Below, piece after piece: positions 51,701 to 60,560 of a DNA stretch of 64,000 nt (its first letter is position 1; each line of letters opens with the position of its first letter). Location: positions 34,354,437-34,418,436 of the forward strand of contig NC_092672.1 of assembly GCF_964355755.1 (NCBI RefSeq), read 5' to 3'. Under the pieces are notes generated by a model. That model was not told the DNA's origin and searched no databases. It was given only the letters and a program-made list of their open reading frames with translations. Source of the DNA: Antedon mediterranea. Taxonomy: Eukaryota > Animalia > Echinodermata. The position numbers and the translations under genes are program-made.

Positions 51701-54700
51701 AATTCTTGCCTGATTTTTTTTTCTCATGGTTTTGTAAGTTTCTTATTTATCTTTTTTTTTAGCTTTGTATAACACTGAACAACATAGAGCATGTACGAGC
51801 ATATTTGGACAACTTGCCATCCTTACTAAATTGGGAGAGGAACGTAGAAGCTCTTGCGAAACACCACGGTAACGAAGAGGCTGGGCGACGCACTTCTGAT
51901 GCTCTAAAGCGTTTAACGCAGAAAGCGAGCGAAGCTATACTGATGCGGACCGCACAAGTAGAGCAGCAGATTGCGGAGAGAATGTGTGCTGAAGTTAAGA
52001 AGAATATCAAAGATCTTGTCAATGACTCAAGTAAACAGGATGAGGTATATATTGCTTGTATCCTTAGGCAAGACACTTAGGCTGTGTTCGGACGTAAAAT
52101 CAATTACATGTGTAACTTTACATGTGTATAAATCAGTGATCGTTCGGACGATGAACACGTGAAGGTCATATTTTATGCATCTCTTTACACTATTACGGTC
52201 AAATTGCTCCTTATCTAATTGTGATTAATCGCTCAGCTTGTGGTTTAAGGTGTAATTGAAAAATCCACCTCATGAAGTGGATTTTTAAAACAGCAAGTTT
52301 ATCTCAAAATTTACACCACACGTGACTATTACACATGTAAATTTGTTCCGTCCGAACAGGCTCTTACATTTGCCTCTCTCCACCTAGGTGTATAAAATGG
52401 GTCCCCGGTTAGATCAAGACACAACTTTGCGCTGATTACTAGCTGCATTACTATCGGAGTATGTTTCCATACGGGTTTTGATCCAAAAAATGTGCAGCGC
52501 ATTGAGAGCTTGCTTATATGCGCTATATAAGAATGAACTATTATTATTATTATATATATTCTCTATTTTCTATATTCCCAACCCATGTTTGTTTGGTATA
52601 TATTAAAAATTACATAATATACAATTTTTTCTTGTAGAGTCTGGATGCAGTTCTTCAATACTTAGACTCCAACTTACAGACTATGTACAATCAGCTAATG
52701 CCACAAATCTTTCCACGCATCACCAAAGCATTGTGGGTAGCTTTATTGAAGCGTATTGTTGTGCTGTTGAAATTTGGGCAGGAAGTGTCGTACTATGAGA
52801 ATCTCAAGTCGGTAAGTTTTCAAATTCATAAACTCACTAATTGTTCAAAAACTAATGGGAAGTAAAGCATTAAGCCATGTAAGGTGAATACATTTGACAC
52901 ATCTGGTTGCAACCCAATATCTGTGGCAGTTTCCACTAACTGCATTTCAGTTTTAAAATCTAAGTGGCGGATCCAATGGAGTAGTGTTAACATATAATAT
53001 ATAATAGTCTTTAAGTAGATATAAAGAAGTAGTTTATAATTTAATTTTCAAAATAGGAGGGGGAGTGCACGCCATTAGTGCTCCATTCTGGATCTTCCAC
53101 CCCCTCCCCCCCCCTCCTCCTCCCCTACAGGTTCAACTGATTTTACAAATACAGTAGCTGGCAGTTAATTGTAATGCTGTTATCCACAAAATTAAACCAT
53201 GGCGCCATTCATGATTAAACAGTTTAGTTATTTTGTTTCTCATTTATTCACAGAATTTGGATCAGTTAGAGAGCTACTTCCAGCGATCGGCCATCAACTT
53301 AAAGAGTAGTCACATGCACAACTTGGACTATGCGTTCTTGTCGGGTGAAATGCAGATTAACCTGATGCCCACCAGTCAGTTGCTGCTCAAATTCTTTGCT
53401 ATGATCGCCAACGATATGGTGATGCCGATTGAAGATTGGGGACACATCAACATCCAAGTTGGAATTGAAAACACAGATGATGATAAGGCTGTTATTCATG
53501 TGAAAAGTATGATTTGTTAAAATGTCATTTGATAATAGAATATATTTATTTAGCAGCAATGATATTGGATTAGGCCTCCCATAGATGTTATTACATTATT
53601 GTATTAATTGTAGATTATTTTTTTTTCAGTTTTGAATGCAATAAGCCTACCGGGAATGGATGCAGATGGTAAGTAGCTATGTTCTCAGATTGATTGATAA
53701 CTGATTGATTGATTGGATACTATTGATTAATTTGTCACACATAGTTACCAATTAGGCAATTATACGTGTACGTCTTACTTAGTATAAGTCGATTTGCTTT
53801 GATACTTATAGTTGTACGGCATTTATTTTTTTGTTCTTTTTCAATTTAATTTTTCTCTTTAACTTACTCCAATGCAAAATAATGTCAATGGTGATTGCAA
53901 TCATTGCTCAAGTTATTATGATATAGATTTGTTTATTACTATATATAGTTCAGAAACGTCATCTAACTTTTCAATATTAAACCTAAATTGTAGAAGTTTA
54001 AATAATAAGTTTGATATATTTTGTAACTTTATTCAGTCCTTAAATCATAGTTTTACTCTACCTAACTGAAACTTGGATTAAGGATTCTACCGACACCAAT
54101 CTTCTAAGCATTCCAAATTACAACCTTCTTTTAAATAACAGGGAACATAAAAAAGATGGTGGCGTTGCACTATACGTTTCAACTCATGTTGCCTTTAAAA
54201 GGAGATATGATCTCTCAAGCCTAATTACGTCAGCTGAATCAATTTTTATTGATATTGAGAATGACTCTGGTAAAAACATTAAAGTTGTGTTTAATTAATT
54301 GATTAATGTAAAAATCAATTAATGATTTGATTGAATAAATTCTTTATTGATAGTTTATTGATTAAAATGCTTTATTGATTAATTATTTTATTGATCAATT
54401 TCTTTACAGGTACCAGTGATCCATTTGTGTTGGTGCAGCTTTGCCCTGAAACAATGTTTCATAAGAACAAGACTCAGAAGACAAAGACAATATCTAGCAA
54501 CTTAAACCCAGTCTTTAATGAAGCTTTTGAATTGTGAGTTTTTGACAGAAGAATATAGAAATGTTATTATACACAATATTAGGAACACAGGGGTGCATTT
54601 AAGGGGGGGGGGGGGCCTCTCGACGGTATTTGTGCCTTACTGTACAGTATTTGAAATTTTGCAAAATAAATGATATATGATATAACAAACTAAGACTAGT

Positions 54701-57700
54701 GTTTTGTCTGTCTCAAACCTTATCAAAAGGTACATGGTATTACAATTATATATTTGTCTTTTCAGTCATGTGAAAAAGGAGTCGATTGCCAACATGGGCA
54801 CCGTGGTACAACTCACTATCATGGATCATGATCTTCTGTGGTACGACGACTTTATTGGAGAAGTCTTTGTTCCGCTTGACCAGGCACATTATATGCAGAG
54901 TGGCCAAATGATTGACGAATGTCCAGTTAAAGGACTGCCCATTAAACGGCCACTTGAAGAAGAAATGCCTGTTTGTTATCAGGTATGGGATATTTGGTTT
55001 TAGATGGTGATTTTACTGCAAATTGGTGCCCATATATGGTAGTGATATCCCCAAATATGGTAGTGATATGACATCATGTTCATATATAGATTAAGTGGCG
55101 CTGTGCAACACGGCGACACAGCTCGTCTCATTGTCTCACTATTGTTAATCTTTTTTTTTGACGTTATTTTCGTATATTTGGACTGTATTGTATTGTGGAA
55201 GAAGTCATTTGATTTATACATTATGTTGTATGTGAAAGTTTTGAAATTTCTGTATTTTTTGCTGATATTTTGGCTGTTCTTACTGTGTGGATTGAGTAAG
55301 CCGGGCGGTGGAATTGCGTACACGTCATCTGATTTGCATTCCATGGGCGAGAGGTCGACCTCACCGCTACCGGCACACGTTGAATTACCATCTGAGATAC
55401 AACGTCGCAGGCTTCGGAAAAGGGGCAAGGCTGGTGGGGTCAGAAAGCGACTACAACGAAGGAAATGTAAGCCTTTTATACCATCTTTAATATTTGGAAA
55501 TGTAAGATCTTTGAATAACAAAGTCGATTTACTCAGAGCAAACGTCGAACACTTCAGCGATTTTAGGAATGCCAGCTTACTTGCATTCACGGAAACCCAC
55601 CTGAGCGATAAGCATAGCGATCAACATATTCAAGTAGTTGGCTTTAAATCTGTTCGTGGGGATCGTACAGCCGAAGCGAACAAAGATGGCGGTGGTGGTC
55701 TTTGCCTCTACATTAATGAGAAATACTGTCATCCAAATAACTCTACGCTTAAGCTTCATAAATGTTCGCCACACTCGGAAGTGCTGGTTGTTGGTATTCG
55801 CCCCTACTATCTTCCGAGAGAGTTCTCGCATGTTATCAATGTTATGGTATACATACCTAACAAAAAGCTTGAAAAGCCTGCTATAAATGAGATCGCAGAA
55901 ATTATCGAAGGTATTGAGTGTAGTCACCCTGAGGCGCTTGTAATTATCAATGGCGATTTCAACAGATGCAAGCTCAAGAAAACAACGGCCACTTATTATC
56001 AGCATGTTACATGTAAAACGAGGGACAACGCGATTCTTGATTTATGCTACTCTAGTGTGAAGGATGCCTATATTTCGACCCCACTACCGAACTTGGGCAA
56101 ATCTGATCATAATTTGATTTTACTCAGTCCTAAATATCGCCCGTTAAATAAGACATGCCAACCAAAAATTATTAATGTACGTAAATGGTCTCCTGAAGCC
56201 GAGGAAGCCCTGATAGCGGAATTTGAATCTACCGATTGGGATATTTTTACGGAGGATGAAGATTTGAATAGTATTACTTATGCAGTGAGCTCGTACATAA
56301 ACTTTTGTATTGATAAATGCGTTCCAGTTAAAAAAGTGAAAATCTACCCTAACAACAAGCCATGGATCACGAAAGGCGTTAAATTACTGTTGTGTGAGAA
56401 ACGTAAAGCCTTTAAGATGGGCGACTCTAATCGTATGAAAATATTGACTAGAGAGATTAAATCTGAAATAATGAAACAGAAGAACATTTATAGGAAAAAA
56501 GTTGAACATAACTTCAGGTCTAATAATATGAAACAAGTTTGGCAGGGTATGAAACTTATGAGTGGTTACACAAACGGTGGTAATACACCCACCTCGATTC
56601 CGAATGTTACTGTGCAATATGTTAATGAGTTAAATGAATTTTATAACCGTTTTAATGTTCATGATTTTAAAAAAGAAAGAGAGGCTCTATTTAGCTTGTG
56701 TCGGGTGACTGAAGATGATCCCAAATTTAGTATAAGCATTTCTGATGTACATAACGAATTCATGAAACTCAATTCATCGAAGGCTGCTGGGCCGGATAGA
56801 ATCCCACCACGAGTACTTAAGGTCTGCTCTCCTCACCTTGATGGTATATTTACATTTATTTTCAATATGTGTCTTTCTTATCATGCGTTCCCGGATATTT
56901 GGAAACTTTCATGCATAATACCGGTACCTAAAAAACCTAAGATTAACAGCATGAATGATTTGAGACCCGTTGCACTCACGTCTGTCGCGATGAAAATATT
57001 GGAACGTATTATTTTAAAAATTATGCAACCTTATGCTGAAAAAGTGTTAGACCCGTTGCAATTTGCTTACCGATCACTCCGTAGTACCAGTGATGCGATT
57101 TATTTTAAATTACATAAATTGTATTCACATCTAGATAATGTAAAGAAAGGCCACTCGGCACGTATTATGTATTTTGATTTTCAATCTGCGTTTAATACCA
57201 TACAACCCCATATCTTAGCAGACAAAATGTTGAATATGGAGTTTCCCCGTCCGATTGTTCGTTTAGTTTTAAATTTCATTTGTGATAGAAAACAATTTGT
57301 TAATATTAATGGTGTTAAGTCAGAAATCGTAACCTCTGACACCGGTGTTCCTCAGGGTACTGTCAACGCACCTAAATTATATTCCTTGTATACGGCGGAT
57401 TACAGATCTTTAAATGATGAGCTTTGCCCCGTTGTTAAATTCGCTGATGACACTAGTACTATTGGTCTCATAGTTTCAAACAATGATGAAAATTATCGTA
57501 GCGAAATACAAAGATTTGTTAAATTTTGTGACGATAATTATCTCCAAATAAATGCATCAAAAACAAAGGAGATGATCATTGATTTTAGGACTAAACATAA
57601 ATTTAATTTTCAACCAATCACTATCAAAGGTAAAGAAATTGAAATTGTTGACCAGTACAAGTATCTAGGAATTGTTTTCAATGATAAACTGAGTTGGGGA

Positions 57701-58656
57701 GACCATATAGACTTCATCAGCAAAAAATTAAGTCCCAGAATGTATTGTATGAGAACTTTATATAAATTTAACTCCTGTGATTTGATGTTACTTTCGTTCT
57801 ATAGATCCGTAATATGTAGTGTTTGGACGTATTGCCTCTCCTGTTGGGCTGGTAATGTTACCGGAGGGAATAAAGGACGCCTTGAAACTTTCATCCGTCG
57901 GGCTGGTAAAATGATTGGTCTGGAACTGCCTTCCTTTACCGATGTGCACCTAGAACACCTCCAGAAAGATTTCGAACGCATTGAGTCGGATGCCTCTCAT
58001 CCTCTCCACAAAGTGATCATAGACCAACTTAATCCAAGTGGTAGATTGAGGCTCCTCAGTGTGAAAACAAATCGATTTGCTAAATCCTTTATTCCCTCCG
58101 GTATCATCCAGTACAACGGGAAGTCAAGAAGATAATTTTATATTGTAATTTTTTAGATGTTTTTATATGATTGGTTTTATGCTATATTTGTTTTTATAGT
58201 GTTTTCTTTGTTATTATGACGAGCAATGAATTTCCTTTTTGAGGATCAATAAAAGTTATCTTATCTTATCTTATCTTATCTTATCACATTTTTTTGTCAC
58301 ATAAAGTTTGATAGTGTGAACAGAGCTTTAAACAATTTTAAATTGTTTTAATAAACTAATTTTATTACAGTAAGTGTTAATGTTAATAGCAAAATAGACC
58401 TTTTTTTAAAATTGTCAGCACTTTTTTGTCGTCCTAGGTTTTAAGAGAACGAAGCAAGTGGGACAAGGACGCAAGATCCTTCACAACAAAACGACAATTG
58501 ACAATGAAGATGAAGAAATCACGAACAGACAAACCGTTCAAGTTAACACCGAACAATTCACTAAAACGAGAAGATAAAAATGAAGTTAATGACACTAAGT
58601 CTGCAACAGACATGACAGCCATTCCTACTATTACAGTTGTAGAGAGCGAATGTTAA
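33734..58656 (+). CDS. BAIAP3: BAIAP3 / Munc13-4 (UNC13D)-family vesicle priming protein, C2A-MUN-C2B
   Basis: Exons 33734-34522 (or alternative 36380-36439 plus 37615-37674), 38386-38625, 39935-39991, 41598-41708, 42013-42072 (GC donor), 42742-42808, 43081-43726, 44287-44409, 45121-45304, 46027-46116, 46494-46591, 46859-47090, 47532-47659, 48132-48291, 48895-48998, 49416-49625, 50303-50492, 50810-50884, 51309-51419, 51763-52044, 52638-52811, 53254-53506, 53630-53668, 54410-54533, 54766-54982, 58438-58656. C2A: EAKDLKPMDSNGLSDPY...WDWDEE...DDFMG. MUN: YSNSAVDV, LCITLNNIEHVR, LQYLDSNL. C2B: MDADGTSDPFV...MDHDLLWYDDFIGE. The N-terminal exon choice is less certain than the core. Confidence 0.85.
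35560..35612 (+). promoter_or_regulatory. Candidate internal promoter of the BAIAP3-like gene
   Basis: Overlapping CCAAT boxes TGATTGGCCAAT and CRE-like TACGTCAC upstream of the ATG-bearing exon 36372-36439. Confidence 0.4.
36865..37470. repeat. Compound minisatellite (~40-bp units with a higher-order period)
   Basis: TTGACTTATAATTGAGTATGGTAGTTGATTTT variants recur in a fixed order. Confidence 0.88.
38027..38282. mobile_element. MITE family B with TTAA target duplication (Kolobok/piggyBac-like)
   Basis: TTAA-AGATATATTGTCC...GGACAATATATCT-TTAA; related copies at about 45423-45749 and 49029-49400, and a similar left end at 27489. Confidence 0.75.
39628..39807. mobile_element. Harbinger-like MITE
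   Basis: TAA-AGCGTGGTTCCCACTAG...CTATTGGGAACCAAGCT-TTA. Confidence 0.7.
40130..40269. mobile_element. MITE family A copy with TTA target duplication
   Basis: TTA-AGCTCTGTCTAC...GTAGACAGAGCT-TTA. Confidence 0.88.
40312..40700. mobile_element. Tc1/pogo-like MITE with CAGT termini
   Basis: TA-CAGTAGAAC...GTTCTACTG; related sequence at 1606-1728, 27406-27478 and 43940-44140 (20-bp tandem TTAATAGAAGTGTCCCT). Confidence 0.5.
41730..41945 (-). pseudogene. 3' fragment of an L2-like LINE
   Basis: Minus strand translates VPLVWNQLPLHICQCKSLKPFKSLLKSHLF, followed by AGCGCTGTGAG and a (TATTA)-like tail. Confidence 0.6.
42090..42410 (+). pseudogene. 3' fragment of an RTE-like LINE
   Basis: IRKRKYKWTGHMLRLP...RPVGRPKTTW with an in-frame stop, followed by a (GAT)n tail. 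Confidence 0.72.
48334..48655 (+). mobile_element. tRNA-derived SINE, same family as 10720-11020; head locally duplicated
   Basis: A box TGGCCGAGTGG; GGACTATAAACC; GAGACGAGTAGGGGGTTACCCCGGTGT. Confidence 0.6.
49885..50236. repeat. Degenerate minisatellite
   Basis: Recurring CCTATTCTGTCAAAAATCCCATTCTATTAAAA and ATTCTGCCAAACAAA. Confidence 0.8.
51083..51275. repeat. Tandem ~45-bp repeat
   Basis: CTTTGCTCAGTGACATTATGTGCAGAC x5. Confidence 0.85.
52080..52363. mobile_element. Harbinger-like MITE inserted into a SINE
   Basis: TIR ...TGTTCGGACG...TTACATGTGTAA / TTACACATGTAA...CGTCCGAACA with TTA on both flanks. SINE body TGTATCCTTAGGCAAGACACTTA lies before it; TGCCTCTCTCCACCTAGGTGTATAAAATGGG and an L2-like tail follow, to about 52550. 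Confidence 0.7.
53872..54285 (+). pseudogene. Frameshifted LINE APE-endonuclease fragment (CR1/L2 group)
   Basis: ILNLNCRSLNNK, then in another frame TETWIK...NREHKKDGGVALYV...ESIFIDI. Confidence 0.75.
55090..58285 (+). mobile_element. Apparently intact Rex1/Babar-like (CR1-group) non-LTR retrotransposon in the last intron of the BAIAP3-like gene
   Basis: Single uninterrupted EN+RT ORF, short 3' UTR, AATAAA at 58248, (TTATC)6 tail at 58256-58285; flanked by two halves of a MITE. Confidence 0.92.
55223..58135 (+). CDS. LINE polyprotein: APE endonuclease plus reverse transcriptase
   Basis: EN motifs GNVRSL, FTETHL, GGGLCLYIN, YYLPREF, GDFN, LDL, SDH; RT motifs RPVALTS, QFAYR, DFQSAFNTI, GVPQG, KFADD, YKYLG. 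The ORF-track ATG at 55076 lies in the flanking MITE; the first ATG inside the element is 55223. Confidence 0.92.
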   Translation: MLYVKVLKFLYFLLIFWLFLLCGLSKPGGGIAYTSSDLHSMGERSTSPLPAHVELPSEIQRRRLRKRGKAGGVRKRLQRRKCKPFIPSLIFGNVRSLNNKVDLLRANVEHFSDFRNASLLAFTETHLSDKHSDQHIQVVGFKSVRGDRTAEANKDGGGGLCLYINEKYCHPNNSTLKLHKCSPHSEVLVVGIRPYYLPREFSHVINVMVYIPNKKLEKPAINEIAEIIEGIECSHPEALVIINGDFNRCKLKKTTATYYQHVTCKTRDNAILDLCYSSVKDAYISTPLPNLGKSDHNLILLSPKYRPLNKTCQPKIINVRKWSPEAEEALIAEFESTDWDIFTEDEDLNSITYAVSSYINFCIDKCVPVKKVKIYPNNKPWITKGVKLLLCEKRKAFKMGDSNRMKILTREIKSEIMKQKNIYRKKVEHNFRSNNMKQVWQGMKLMSGYTNGGNTPTSIPNVTVQYVNELNEFYNRFNVHDFKKEREALFSLCRVTEDDPKFSISISDVHNEFMKLNSSKAAGPDRIPPRVLKVCSPHLDGIFTFIFNMCLSYHAFPDIWKLSCIIPVPKKPKINSMNDLRPVALTSVAMKILERIILKIMQPYAEKVLDPLQFAYRSLRSTSDAIYFKLHKLYSHLDNVKKGHSARIMYFDFQSAFNTIQPHILADKMLNMEFPRPIVRLVLNFICDRKQFVNINGVKSEIVTSDTGVPQGTVNAPKLYSLYTADYRSLNDELCPVVKFADDTSTIGLIVSNNDENYRSEIQRFVKFCDDNYLQINASKTKEMIIDFRTKHKFNFQPITIKGKEIEIVDQYKYLGIVFNDKLSWGDHIDFISKKLSPRMYCMRTLYKFNSCDLMLLSFYRSVICSVWTYCLSCWAGNVTGGNKGRLETFIRRAGKMIGLELPSFTDVHLEHLQKDFERIESDASHPLHKVIIDQLNPSGRLRLLSVKTNRFAKSFIPSGIIQYNGKSRR

Positions 58657-58784
58657 TAAAGTTTGCAGAAACCTAAAATTACTAAATGAAAAGCATTGTT
58701 TGACTAACACATTATTTGTATGTAGGCCCTATATTTGCAATTATAGAATCTACCTTTTGAGTAATTTTCATGGATGATTCCAAG

Positions 58785-58963
58785 ATTTTTCTAATGATAA
58801 ATTACAACTCCACTTCCAAAGACTTGTAATAAGACTTTGTTTATGTAGAGCATCTTGTGTATATGTTTGTCTTGTGAACAGGATTGCCACCTTTTAGAAG
58901 GATAGTGAATGAATTCGCTTATGGTTATCCTTGGCAATTTGCCTAAATATATAAACAAACAAA
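58785..58963 (+). repeat. Dispersed repeat (probable SINE) in the BAIAP3-like 3' UTR; second copy at 4885-5040
   Basis: Shared AAATTACAACTCCACTxCCAAAGACTTGTAATAAGAC...AGAGCATCTT...GTTTGTCTTGTGAA...GCTTATGGTTAT; (AAAC)n tail. Confidence 0.7.
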
Positions 58964-59295
58964 TGTTAATGACAATTACCCATTAAATGTTGTTGGTCTT
59001 TTATAAAATATTTTAGGAATTAGGTTCATGAATCTTTAACATTTTTAAATTCGAAAACACTTTTAAGCGTATTTAATCAATTAAATTTATTTTTTACTTT
59101 TGAAAAGAAAAATCTAATTAAAAAAAAACACATTTTTAATTTTTTTATTTTAATTTTTAACTACTTGAATTTTGTTTTCTTTAATTTAAATTTCTTCTAA
59201 AAATCAACCTGATAAATTTTGCAGGTCTTAATATTAGAGGTGGAAATTTATGAATTTGTTACATAAAAAAAACATGACCTAATGCAGTTTTTGGC

Positions 59296-59449
59296 AGGGG
59301 AGAATCCAAGCGGGGCCCAGCCGGCTTGGGCCCCTAACTTTCTCATATTGTAATGCAAAAGATAGGACATCAAATTAAGCTGATCAGCCCTTCATTTCAC
59401 CATTTGTAGGTCCTGGGCCCCCTATTTCAAAATCCTGGATCCGCCACTG
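59296..59449. mobile_element. hAT-like short non-autonomous element
   Basis: CAGGGGAGAATCCA...TGGATCCGCCACTG termini; similar remnants near 3675-3762 and 52963-53100. Confidence 0.5.
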
Positions 59450-60394
59450 GTTTTGGTCACTGTAAATAATTTATTTAACTTGATTAGGATAATGCAAAAA
59501 GAGCGAAGGATAATTCTTTTTTCTTTCTATTTGAAAAAAAAATCAAATTAATTAAGTTTAGCTTTTACAATGTCAACAAATACAAATGTAAATAAATTGT
59601 TCATTTTTTTAAGCGTAGAGTTTAACATTTAGAATATTTTCCAAACATTTTTTATCATATTGCATAGAAAATATTTACAGCAGAGTTTTGGCATTTTAAT
59701 TTACTATAGCTATAGATAGAAAATAATACAGTTTTAACTTTGTTTTATAAAAATAACAATGAACATTTATTGTAAATTAAAAGAAAGTATATATATATAT
59801 ATATATATATATCTAAACATATGTATTGTATACAAATATAATTATGTACAGTATGTAATAATTAAATATTGAAACCAATGAAAAGTGATTTGTTTTTATT
59901 TCTTGGTTGATTTCTTTTTCATTTACCATATAATCGAAATTGATGATAATATTAAGAAATTGAGTCTGACCATTACTCCATGGTCTGACTAAAAATATTA
60001 ACTAGAAATGGACAACATGTTTCAACATTCCAAATCCAATGAACACGGCCTAGTATAGATCTGTATCCACAAACAGTGAGGGAGAATATGATAGCATATA
60101 TAAACTTGTTTACTAAAGACAAATATTACTGATTTATTTGTAATTTATTTAATTATTATATTATGAAAGAATAAAAGTGGTGGCTCACGCAAAAAAGGAG
60201 AGGGAGAGTATTTACAACGTTCCTTTCTCTCATTTTACATATTGTTTTTGATAATATCATAATTTTATATATTGGGCATGTTTAGGTTTGTAAATGTGTT
60301 AGTATTTTATATAGGCCTATATAGGCAAGAAATAATAAAAATGATAAATTGAATTCTGGCAAAGTTATAAAAGAGAAGTGCGACCTCTATTTTG

Positions 60395-60560
60395 TTTCAC
60401 TCCGGAAGTAATTCGCTGATTGGTTGAAAACGTCAATTTGGTAAATAGGAAGGTGACGCTCTTTGGGTAGATACCGAAAAACGAAAAAGTTAGCCTAAAG
60501 CTAAATCGTCAGCTGATTTCATTTTAATGATTGTTTGTGAGATTTAAAATATCTTACAAG
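60395..60560 (+). promoter_or_regulatory. Probable promoter and non-coding first exon of a downstream gene
   Basis: ETS site CCGGAAGT, reverse CCAAT CTGATTGG, CRE half-sites ACGTCA/TGACG, strong donor AAG/GTAGGT at 60560; no coding exon was identified before the window end. Confidence 0.45.

Noticed and set aside
55076-55222. ORF-track start of the LINE protein
   Set aside because: The ATG lies in flanking MITE sequence outside the element.
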